DNA of 57,724 nt from Catajapyx aquilonaris (taxonomy: Eukaryota). Under the pieces are notes generated by a model. That model made no database searches. It saw nothing but the letters and a program-made list of their open reading frames with translations, and was not told the DNA's origin. The stretch is taken from the NCBI GenBank assembly GCA_000934665.2, contig KZ538630.1:1-57724 (forward strand). The letters run 5' to 3'. Every line of letters begins with the position of its first letter. Within the stretch, counting starts at the first letter, position 1. Shown piece by piece: positions 36,382 through 47,621 of this stretch. The position numbers and the translations under genes were made by a program.

Positions 36382-38372
36382 AGTGCATTATTTAGGAGAT
36401 ATGCCTTCAGGATCGATAAGCCTACTTTAAACGAAGGAAGAAAAAACTGAGCCTGTGACGTTTTGTGCGCTGTAATACCTTGCTCTAATGGATACACCTT
36501 AGATTAAGTGATGGATATGCTCCAGTTAGGTCTTCATAACGTTGCCTCCGCGTTATATGGAAGCGCCACGGAGGTTACAGCAGGAGGCTTGTTTTTTTTT
36601 ATTGGTGAGAATGCCTGGTCATAATGTAGAGTTATTTTCCCACCTCAAATCTATGCATCTGTTTACGTAGTTCAGAGTATTCATATATTACTTATTTACG
36701 AAAATTATAACAGAATGATAAAATGATATAAGGCCACAAGTCTGCGGGGGAAACTAGGGCCTCTTGTTAAAGAAGGACAGCACATTGTGGTGTTCATTTT
36801 ACGACTTCACAACATGGTATGCATATTTTCAGAAAATTATCTGGTTCAGTTGCGCACATGTATCTTTCTATATTAATATGCATATTTTTGCTGTGAATGT
36901 GTATTATATTGCATCTCCTGGTAGTTAATGCACCGAAGTGCTTAAAATGATGCATGTAATGGTGTGCCTTCAGCCTTGAGAAGAAGTTTATTATTTTACA
37001 TACAGTAGACTACATTACTAACAACTTGGTAATATTTTTTACGTAGTGTAACTTCCATTGTATATGCGGATGATCTGACATGTGTTATCTTTCAGTCGAT
37101 TTGTACCAACAGATTTGCTGAATCTTGGTAATGGATGAAGTATTACCAAAAGTATTATGTCTGTAAATAAAAATAATTAACGAATAAAATATTGTAACTA
37201 TTGGTTGTTCCGCCTATAGCTGCCCTCATTACGTCGCGTCGTCTGTATAGCTTCATTTACAGTAATTATAAGACAGTCTTCTAAAATATCCTGTAGCCTA
37301 TAGTACTGTTATTAGAGTAGAAAATGCACAGACAATGACCATATAGCTGATGACTCGGGCTCTGGTCGGAAGTTTTATTGAATCGTCAATGTAGCAACAC
37401 GTTGTTGAGAAACCATTGCTATGAATCAGCCCGCACTTATCACGATAACATGAAGAGAATATAATCGCCGGAGATAGTTACCGGCAGGCTAACTACCACT
37501 CATTCCATGTGAATATATCAGAGCCTGCTAATTACTTTTTAAAAACAAATAACTTACAAGTAAAAAGGAATGTTTGTCGAAACTTTTTTTATTTCTATAA
37601 TATTTTATGTCATTTCTTGCGAATGGATTTTTATCAGATTCCACACAACTCACATTTTTTGGTGAACTGATAAATCTGCGATTCGCCATGCAGGCATGAA
37701 GTTTCATGTTAACGAGGACCAAATCGTAGAACTTACTAATTATATAACTTGATGGCTACGGACGGCCTGTCTGGCAAAGGAGGAGATGAGTTCCGCAGTT
37801 ACTTTATGCCTACTTATACAATTATACAGGTTTGAATTTTTTGCGGGAGAAAACACTTTCCTATTGCACTGTGAACATATTATGCTCTATAGAGTCTATA
37901 CGTATGTGCAGTACGTATGTATACGGTACTGCATATCGAACCTTGTATTGTTTGTTTCTAGTTGTGCCAACTGGCAGATTGTTGACACTAAAATAAAGGA
38001 TGAGTTGGCGCATTGGCAACCAACAATGCAATTCAATTACCTGTGGATCCTGACTGTAGAGTCATCCTGTAGAATACACTGAACATATGCTGAATACACT
38101 GTACGTTGTACAGTAAACTCAACAATTGGGCACACACTATATTAATTTTATAGAGTGAATCAGAACATAGTGAAAACTTGCATTTTCTCTGAATGGTGCT
38201 GTTCAGGCTCCACTTTATTTATTTATTGTTACATATTGGTTACCAAGATTGTGCTTGCATTGTTGTTAGAGACACGCAGAACTGGTCTTTACGTCTCACA
38301 AGTAGTGTGGAACGATTTTTGCTGACAGGTTCCTGACAATCCAGATGTCTCAATCGGCCGAATAATCAGGCC

Positions 38373-41300
38373 ATGTCGGCGTCTCAACTCCCCAACGACC
38401 TTGCGTCGAGGTCGATGTCGTCGCTCCCCCAGACCCAGCAGGAACTTGCTTCCAGATACGTCGCCCTTCTGCAAAACCTGGGCATCACCAATTCTCACCT
38501 GCAACAAGCGCAGTTGCTGCAACACCAACAGCAGCAACAACAGGAGATGACTACCCAGCAGCAGACGAATAATTGTCAGCCTTTTCCATCATGCTTCCCC
38601 CATCAGGCTACGACCCCACAAATTGCTCTAAGTTATCCAGGTACCCTTTGAGATGTCCACTTTTGGCTTTATCGCTTCTGTGGTGTTACTGTTATACAGT
38701 TTGGGGTGATTTCTTCCAGCTGGTGTGACCCAGCGTCTGGTACCCCCTATGTCAGCTCCGCACCCTGGGTCAGGCGACTCCCTGCAGTTTTTCCTTCGAG
38801 CGACTTCCCAACCTGCAGCTTCCCTGTCCCGACCTCACACCGTACCGTCCCAGCACCAGCAGGCATACATGACTCAGGCCAGCAACCAGCCGATGCAACA
38901 GCAGCAACAGTATTACATGACCAATCCTCAGTACCGTCGCACACAGCAACTCCAGCAACCCCAGCAGCGGTCCAACCATGTCATGCACCATCAGCAACTT
39001 GCCTTCATGCATCTGCCTGTCTTTCTTGCTACTCCGGTTCATCATCCCCATCAGTGTTGTGCTGCTGAGGGCGTGCATCATGTGTCTGCTGACACGTCAT
39101 CTCGCACCATTCAGACCGTCCCAACAGCTCGGACGCCTTTGCCGCCGCCAGTAGATATCCAGCAGCCTCCTAGCTCGTCCAGAGACTCGAATCGCAGCAG
39201 GATGTGGGTGCCCCCGTTGGACCTCAGCTTCTTGCACGAAGATTCGGAGAGGACTCGTCGGGCTGTCAACACCGAGGATGACACGCCCTCGCCGTTAGCT
39301 GAGGACACCCTGGAGACTGCCGAGGGCATGGCTCGATACGTGTACGAGTCAGGGATGAACGTGCTGAGAGCAGTGCGATTGATGGACGGAATGGAGTCAG
39401 AGATCAGGGAGATGGAGAAGCTGCAGGAGGCCGCCGGATTGTGGTGGTGGAACCTGGACGACCAGGAGGACGTGCAGGGCAAGTCCAGGTCGAGCGACAG
39501 GCAGGCGGCTGTGACTCAGCTGGCGTTGGCCCACGGTCACATGGGGGCCGTCCTGGGTTGCCTTAGGTCGGCCGTGAGGCTCATCGAGGGCGGAGAGGCA
39601 GAGGACGACACCGGAAGGGTCGAAGCCGCGGAGGAGGTGGGTCAAGCCCTGTGCCACTTGGTGCCACAGGCCAGGGAGCTGTCCGACACCCTCCACAACG
39701 CGATCCACCGTTTAGTCGGAGCCTTGCCAGGGTTGGAACCCGCCGAAGAAGTCTCCCAGCAGGAAGGCGAGCCAGAAGGAAGCGACTCCAGGAGAAATGA
39801 GGTATAACTGCAGGGTATAGTAACAGTGAATGTTATACTGTAGATTGATTTTTTTTTTAAACGAGCGCAACCACTGTAGTTGCGCTCAAAATTGTGTCAG
39901 GGAGAGATGGAATTATTGGTTATGTTTTCATCTGTAACGTAGAGATCTTCCGCACCGAGGAGGGGCAACGGTGACACCAGAAGCGCCAATGATACGTGGG
40001 AGATGGCCTGTGCCAAAGCGAACGAGATGGTCCAGCAGTCGGTGGCGACGCAAGGGGGCGAAGAAGAAGAAGAAGGTGGTGATGACGATGATGAGGGTAA
40101 AGGTGAAGGGGAGGCGGAAGAATGGGTGGGGATTAATAACGGGGAGAAAAACTGTCCCGTTTGTGGCATGAAGACTCTAGATGGAACTGATGACGAGGGT
40201 GAGGACGGGGAAGGGGACGAAGACGAAACCTCTGAAGAAGGCTCGGACGAGGACGCGGATGACGAGGCCGAGGAGAAGGAAGAGATGTACTCCGAGGAGG
40301 AGCTCGAGGCAGAGGAGGAAGAGAGACCATGTCGAGACACAAAGGTTATTATTGGAGTAATCGTCAAGTACATGCAGGATGTACCGTCCTTTCAATGTTA
40401 CTTGCAAATTTCCAAGGCGATTTTTTCTCCTTTCGTGTTGTCGATTTCGGCAACAAATCCTCCCAACTTGAATTTCACAACCACCAACATATACGTATAG
40501 GTAGGACATCCTGCCGCTTATGCCACTACCCACACATCTTTGACTACCATTCATCTATCTCACAGGATATTCCGTCATTATTGAATGACGAAAAGAGGGA
40601 AACAAAAACCAATTTATAAATTATTTACTTGAATTAATAACCTAATAAGTTACGTTATTTATTTTTAAAGGGTGGGCGATAGTGATTGCTTTCTTTATAG
40701 TGCTGCTTTTAAAAGGTTTTTGTAAGTACTGTATCGTAGATTACTGCTTGGATTTGAGAAACGCACATTCCCCGAGAATCTAACATAACTCTTAAACAAC
40801 GAGCGCAAAACTTTGAAACCCTGTACTGTACAAGTGCTTGTGAACGACTTGTACTCCTATTTAGATATAAAGTAGCTATTATGCAGTAGTGCGGTTACTC
40901 TATATTTTCGACAGTCTTCCTCTCTCTCCGGCAAGGAATGTGAGGGCGTCGCGCAGCACAGGGGCAGCCCCAGGGGCGAGGATAGTGCATCAGGGGAAGA
41001 TGCCGTTAGCAGGTCGGTCCAGACCTTGTCTTACCGGCGGACCCCGTACCGGCAGTGGGATCTGACCAACACGGCGCCGAATGCGAGGACGTACAGGAAG
41101 ATGGATCACATCCTCAGCACCGTCTGGGGCATGGAGGAATCCGTGTTCTGCAGGAGGCGCCTCAGTCGCAGGAAGGTATATATGCAACACAGATAATTTT
41201 TTAATAACCCTTCGCCCATATACTGTTTGGTCTTATTAGAATCCGGACTACTACCACGCGATCAAGGATCCGATGTTCCTGGACAAGGTGGGGAAGAAGC

Positions 41301-41814
41301 TGAACGTCCACATGTACGAGAGCGTGGAGCACTTTGTGCACGACCTGAGGCTGATCTGGTACAACACGCGCCTCTTCTACCCTGTGAGTTTGCATTATGG
41401 ACATTGTCTGGGGGGTGCTACAATGGGAGGCATTGTTCAGATTATGCCAAGTCTTTGCGGGGTAATTTATAACGATTCGGGCCTAATTCTACGATGACAG
41501 TTGTGCAGTTGTTCTCTTGGCAAATATTCCTCTCAACCCTGCACCTTACCTTCCCATATTAATCAAAGCCTGGCAGTGAACAGCAGTTCTTTGCCTGCCG
41601 GATTGAAGTGAAGCTGGATACCCTCCTCCGGGCCCATTTCGGAAGCGCTATGCCTTTCATCAGCGGATGGCCAGACGAAATGGCGTCGCACTACGAGTCC
41701 CAGACGGATGACCACCCTTCGGTCTGCATGTACACACCGTCAGGTCATCAGTTTGACCACGATGTCTTCCAAGCATCTCCACAGGCAGAAGGGGACAGGC
41801 TAAGAGAATCATAG
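38373..41814 (+). CDS. Gln-rich/acidic nuclear protein with C-terminal atypical bromodomain
   Basis: In-frame exon chain 38373-38640, 38720-39801, 39943-40344, 40915-41175, 41240-41383, 41569-(41814, or a further splice to 41941). Bromodomain-like NPDYYHAIKDPMFLDKVGKKLNVHMYESVEHFVHDLRLIWYNTRLFYPPGSEQQFFACRIEVKLDTLL. PolyQ N-terminus, PLDLS motif, E/D tract. The 3' end and the link between the bromodomain exons and the upstream exons are uncertain. Confidence 0.72.
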
Positions 41815-42345
41815 TTGCCATGTTATGTTGATGCGTTATGTGTTGAGGTTCACGTTTTCGTTTTTCTGCTGGGTTGACTGTTGAAGGCTGTTCGTTTATA
41901 TCGGGTGCTGTTATTTTTCTGAATAAATTATTGTTTTCAGGAAGTATAGGGAGTGATTGGGCTTTTAGAGAGGTTGGGCGGAAACAGAGTCGCTCAAGGG
42001 TTGCCTCGATGATGCGCCTCATTTGGCTTCTAGACCCAAATGGGATCTGAATCAAATCACTGAGGCGCAGGCTACACTCTCAGCAAGCACATCCTCTCGC
42101 TTAAATCTAATCACAGGGGGAGTTGACGGCACCATGCTTTTTGAAAAAAACCCTCTCCGTTTCCTGACATAATAAACTTTTATACAAGGCGAGGGGGTTA
42201 CATACAGAGAGCTTCCATCTCAAAAAGGAAATGTTTCGGGCAGACACAGCAACCACCAGCACACCAAACACATTGGAAGAATGCTGACACGACCCTGGAC
42301 GAAACAGTCTACATTTAATATTTTTCAGACCCTGATAATAAGTGT

Positions 42346-42705
42346 CTATTGAACCTCAGCAGTCTCTTTGGTGTCACTTTTGGCTCGTGCGGTGTCATTG
42401 TCGAGTGCTCCAGCCGACCCTGATGCTGCTGCTGCGTCGTCTGTATTGTCCTGCTTATTGGCTGACCCGTCGAACACGACCTCCCAGAGGTACGGATCCC
42501 TCTTGAGCGTGACGCACATGACGGTGCTGGCCACAACGCCTGCCACGATGAACAGGACCAGTATGCCGAATCCTATCAGGAGGTTGTAGCTGTCACCATC
42601 ATCTTCCTTCTCCATCAGTGGGGTGGCCCCTGTGGTGTAGACGTCATGGTTGTAATCATCAGGAAACACAAACGTCAGGTTGTGCTTGGATGTGTTGGTC
42701 GCCAT
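42346..42705 (-). CDS. Small single-pass membrane protein (about 119 aa), unknown family
   Basis: Strong acceptor TTTTTTTCCCCACTGCAG just before the ATG at 42705. N-terminal NTS/NLT sequons, one hydrophobic segment LLIGFGILVLFIVAGVVASTVMCVTL followed by KR, and an acidic/Ala-rich tail. GC-rich codon usage like the neighbouring exons. Confidence 0.72.
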   Translation of the reverse strand: MATNTSKHNLTFVFPDDYNHDVYTTGATPLMEKEDDGDSYNLLIGFGILVLFIVAGVVASTVMCVTLKRDPYLWEVVFDGSANKQDNTDDAAAASGSAGALDNDTARAKSDTKETAEVQ

Positions 42706-45700
42706 GATTCTGATGCTGCAGTGGGGAAAAAAATTTGTCATATCAAACTGCGTGCTTCTGCATTTCGACTTCAAACCTGTCATCAAAGGAATACTTCCTG
42801 GAGACCCTTCCCTTCCCTTCCCCCCGCTCTGAATTTATATTAATATTCTGCAAGCGCGATATAGAAATTGTCTCATAAGTGATGTAATGGCACCGTTTTG
42901 GTTTCACACCCCCACCACCAAGCAGATGAAACGTCGAAATTGAACCGCGCTGTCGGAGCTGGGAAGACACGATAGCTCTTTGAACTATATAGTCTATTTC
43001 CGTTCCGGCTATTTGTTTGCTTGATTCCTGTTTAGTCAGACTCTCCCCAATATCCGGCTCGATAGGCTCAAATCTGTCCTTTGTTTCGAGCAGCATCAGT
43101 CAAACCCCTTGTGCGCGGGAAAAATTATTGTGAGGCCCCGATTTGTCAAGGTTTCTGATATAATCTGCACAAAATGTAGCTGAGATAGATGCATTTTTTT
43201 AAAAAAAATCGAGTGCGCACTACAGTTCGCGCAGCTAGCAGGGTTGGAATTATCAATGTTATCTGGTTACAGTCACAGTATTCCAAAAAGTTCATGGCTC
43301 TCAAAAAAAATTAACTCTATCATCCCTTGCCAGAGGATTAGGCCTAAAAGTTCGTGCCATTTGAGGTCACAGCCATCCAATGCGATGTCAGGTCACGCCC
43401 TGAGGCTTTGCAGTTTCCGGATTAATCCAGGGGGAGGACTATGATCCGGTTAAACACGCGCCCCCCCGAAGTTGGCTTCTGACCGGAAAGAGCCAACTTC
43501 ATATTTTTTCCGGCCTTCAAAAATCCGGTTGGTGTATGCGGAGGAAAATGAGCTTGTGGCGATAACCTTGGCATGCATTGGCCCCGGATTTTGCTTTTAA
43601 AAAATTTAGGGCATCCAATCAGTGTGTGTATATGTGTATGCAGAATTTTGCGGGGACACAAAACCGTGCCCTGGACTAATATATTGCGGAGCCTGTGCGT
43701 GAGGGTATAGTAATCCGGAAGGTCCATCGTGATGACTAATATCCGGGATCAATTATATACACACTGTGGACGAGTAACAGGTGATTGTGTGGTTAAGTTC
43801 TCGTTACTGTCAATTTGCACAAATAATTACTGGCGTACTCTCTTTTTTTAATGCGCACAACGCCGCATGTGGGTAATCAAAGTGCCTTATCTGGTTATAT
43901 GAAATTTTTACTAGGCAGTTACGAGCTGGATATGTCCGGAAAAATTATTGATGTAGTTTAATACATATCAATATGTGACATGCAAAGCTGTCAGGTGTCA
44001 CATTTTGATATTGTGGAATACACTCGATAAGAGTACTTTCGAACTGTTAAGTTAATGTTTTAGTGGTTGAATTTTCGTCCCCCTGTTTAGTGCTAAGTTA
44101 GCAGCTAACACCGGTACTACTAAGTTAGCAGTAAGACTCGAAAATTCGACCCCCTACTTTTTACAGCACCATGATGGAGACACATTTAATAGGAGATGCA
44201 GATATTTAAATTTTCGCGGTTTTAATAATTAATCAGTACAGTTCAGGTCTTCATGTGTCGTAATGACACATTCCGCCCAAATCCACAGTTTCAAAGAGAA
44301 ACAACAATCACGACTATAAAATGAAGATCTGATTGTCGTTGTTTTTTCCTTCATATTTTTAAACGGAGCAACTCGCACACTACTCAAATAGGGCCATTTT
44401 GCATAACTTTTGTTTCGTCTCTTCAAACTGAAACTTGTTATTATCTTCCGCTGGTGCAACCAAACTCGAGTTAGCTCCAAAAAATAAGCCGCAAAACCGA
44501 CAACCAATTTTCATCTTACTTTCAACCATTGCTTTTAACTTTGACATGTGCTTCCAACATAAACATGTGCCTCCCAAGAGTGGGGCAATCATAATCAAAT
44601 TCGCCACTTAGGCAAAATCTACCCCCCCAGCAGAGCAGAAGGTGAGAGGAAATTGATCTATATACCTACCTGTTGATGGTTGAATGTTGCCTAAGGGAGG
44701 ATACCCATATCGGGGCGCGAACCGAGCCAAAATAATCTACTCTGTACACCCAACCCCCTCCCCACAAAATCCCTTCCTCCTCCCTTCCTCCTCCTCCTCT
44801 TCCTCTTTCCCCCCCAATCGAAAACAACCTATATGCACATGCGTTTTGTACGCAGGCGTAACTGGCCTTTCCGCCTTTCATTTCTATAATAACATCCCCA
44901 GGGTGAGTTGGGGAGGGAAAAGTCCTCAACTATTCTGTTTCATAATTATCACTATTTTTTTATAATGAGGAACTCATCATGTTTGCTCTATGTGCATATT
45001 ATGTGGTTGGTTCCCACAAAGGGCATTGACTCGTTACATTTAAAAAAAAAAATCATGCTAATTAAACCGCGATTAAATTTTAGAGTAAGTACATACGAAT
45101 TTTATGTACAAATAATTTTGTTACCGCATATAAGAAAAAGAACAAAGTGTTGCAATGCTGGTGCCTTCAAAAACCTTAGCCTATGTACTGTACGTGCCAT
45201 AAAGATAATCTCTGCGTGTGCATACAGTACCATGTTATTATACAGAAGATTAATTAGCAAGGCCTTGTACGCCATTACAATGCGTTTTCTCACCGAGCAG
45301 GTGTTTTTGCCATCCGCGTAATAACAATAAGCACTAAAACTGTACCGGTATAGGTAATGTTCCTATTTGTTCAGTGCCATTGCTTTATTGTAGCATTAAG
45401 TACGTGCATGGAACGCCTACATTTTCTCAGCCAGAGCTTTGTACACAGCAGCATTGAAACCTGTAAAAGGCAGAGTATATAGGCTCCACAAATAAAAGGC
45501 CTCCTTGAGTGAAGTCAAAGCCAGAGGCAGAATTGAAGAGAAAACCGCGCACTTTGCTTGATTAGAGTGGATGAAAAGGGTGTGTGTGTGGTACTGTGTA
45601 CCTATATCCCGGAGAAGCCTTGAACCTTCTTATTCGACACCCCCCAATTCTCCATCAGGAGATATTATTAAGGAGCCGTGTTTTTCGGTTCCAGCTGGAT

Positions 45701-46082
45701 CACATCTGTGGACAAACTGGAGATGGGAGTTATTGAGCTAGGATTTCAGCTGGGACCTCCGCAGACTATACCCTACCTTCCTCCTAATATTCTCTCCATC
45801 GGACCTGATAAAATATAGTACCAACTATTTCTCGCACGACCTGAGCTTGCAGACAGGGTGCGCCATCTACGCGTGAAGAATAGTATCACGTGGTAAATCG
45901 GCGGGATAATGTCGTTTGATCGTCTATTTCCATACTGCGATTACAGGTTTTGTCTTTATTTTTTGCTGGCAACAGGTTAACTATAGTATATCAGACCCAC
46001 CTTCTAAAGATGAGGAGATAAAATAGTGCCACAGCAACAAACTTAAAACTAGCAGTTGGCTCTCAACGGCCGGTTAAAAGTA

Positions 46083-46934
46083 AAGAAACAGTTCAAAAGC
46101 AAAGGAGCTGAAGCATCCTGAACAATTGGGCGTTCAGAAAGCAATGATTTGTTCGTTCGTTCGTTCGTTCATTAGTTATCTAACTGTTAGTTAGTTCATT
46201 AGCTAGCTAACTGTTAGTTAGTTCATTAGCTAGCTAACCGTTAGTTCGTTCATAAGTTAGCTAACTGTTAGTTTAGTTCATTAGTTAGTTAACTGTCAGC
46301 TAACTGTCAGCTTAGTTCATTAGTTAGTTAACTGTCAGCTAACTGTCAGCTTAGTTCATTAGTTAGTTAACTGTCAGCTAACTGTCAGCTTAGTTCATTA
46401 GTTAGTTAACTGTCAGCTTAGTTCATTAGTTAGTTAACTGTCAGCTAACTGTTAGTTAGTTCATTAGCTAGCTAACTGTTAGTTAGTTCATTAGTTACTT
46501 AATTGTTAGTTAATTGTTAGTTAATTGTCAGTCTGTGAACTGTTAGTTAATTGTTAGTTAATTGTCAGTCTGTGAACTGTTAGTTAATTGTTAGTTAATT
46601 GTCAGTCTGTGAACTGTTAGTTAATTGTTAGTTAATTGTCAGTCTGTGAACTGTTAGTTAATTGTTAGTTAATTGTCAGTCTGCGAACTGTTAGTCAATT
46701 GTTAGTTAATTGTCAGTCAGTGAACTGTTAGTTAATTGTTAGTTAGCCAGTCCACTGTTAGTTAACTAGCGAACAGTTAACTAACTAACTAACTAACGAA
46801 CGAACAGTTAACTATGTAACTAAGTTAAACGAGCGAACTAACAAACGAATGATTGTTTTTCGAACGCCAATTGTTGAGTGTGCTTCAGCTCCTTGCCTTT
46901 TTCCATTTTGAACGTTATAAATTGACTGTTTCTT
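46083..46934. mobile_element. Foldback/MITE-like element: long imperfect TIRs enclosing a tandem-repeat array
   Basis: AAGGAGCTGAAGCA (46102-46115) pairs 14/14 with 46881-46894; AACAATTGG(G)CGTTC pairs with 46862-46875; AAGAAACAGT pairs with 46925-46934; (GTTC)n and (GAAC)n form the inner arms. Confidence 0.7.
46150..46810. repeat. Composite tandem array of 27-, 39- and 37-bp units
   Basis: 27-bp period (46168, 46195, 46222, 46249), 39-bp period (46273, 46312, 46351, 46390) and 37-bp period (46531, 46568, 46605 onward), all built from TAACTGTTAGT-like subunits. Confidence 0.92.
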
Positions 46935-47388
46935 CACATAGTTAATTGACAGCTAGTCAACTGTTGTTAGTTAGCTAGTGTCTTCTTCACTTGCTTGGTG
47001 GTTTGTAAATGGCGGCTTGAGAGAACCAAATTCCTGTGTACCCGCGCACCCGTGTGTACTTTTCATATCATCCGCGCAGGTTTTTCTTATTGGCTACACT
47101 TCCCTGCAGAGGCACCAGAGTCGCGACTGGCTCTGTCGGCCACTGCTGGCAACTAGTGAAAGAGCCTCGTCCTCTCCCGAGAACAAGGAAGGATCCTAGC
47201 CCGGAGTGTCCTCCGAACAGCAGATGATGATGAGAGTGTGAGTGTGTTTCGTCATCCATCGTCGTCCCCCTAGTGCCCCCTGCCCGCCCCTGGTCTCTGC
47301 CCCTTGCCTGCCCCGAACATCCTCCAGGCAGCACTGCCCCAGTCTAGACCTGGGCCAGGCCAGTTCCACCAGAGCGGCAGCAGGAGCC

Positions 47389-47566
47389 ATGCCAGCTCCG
47401 GGGGCCCTCTCCTCCAGGTCGGAGATCCTCATGCTCCTCCTGAGGCTCACCTTCATCACCGTCAGCACCGCGGTGGCCGTCAGGATGATGCTCAAGCTCA
47501 TGGATCCCACCAGGAAGCAGAAGCAGAAGGCCAAGGAAAAGGTCCCAACACCACATTTATATTAGA

Positions 47567-47621
<55 letters not shown>

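Noticed and set aside
43230..43750. Scattered (AA)TCCGG motifs suggesting a MITE
   Set aside because: Could not define matching termini or a TSD.
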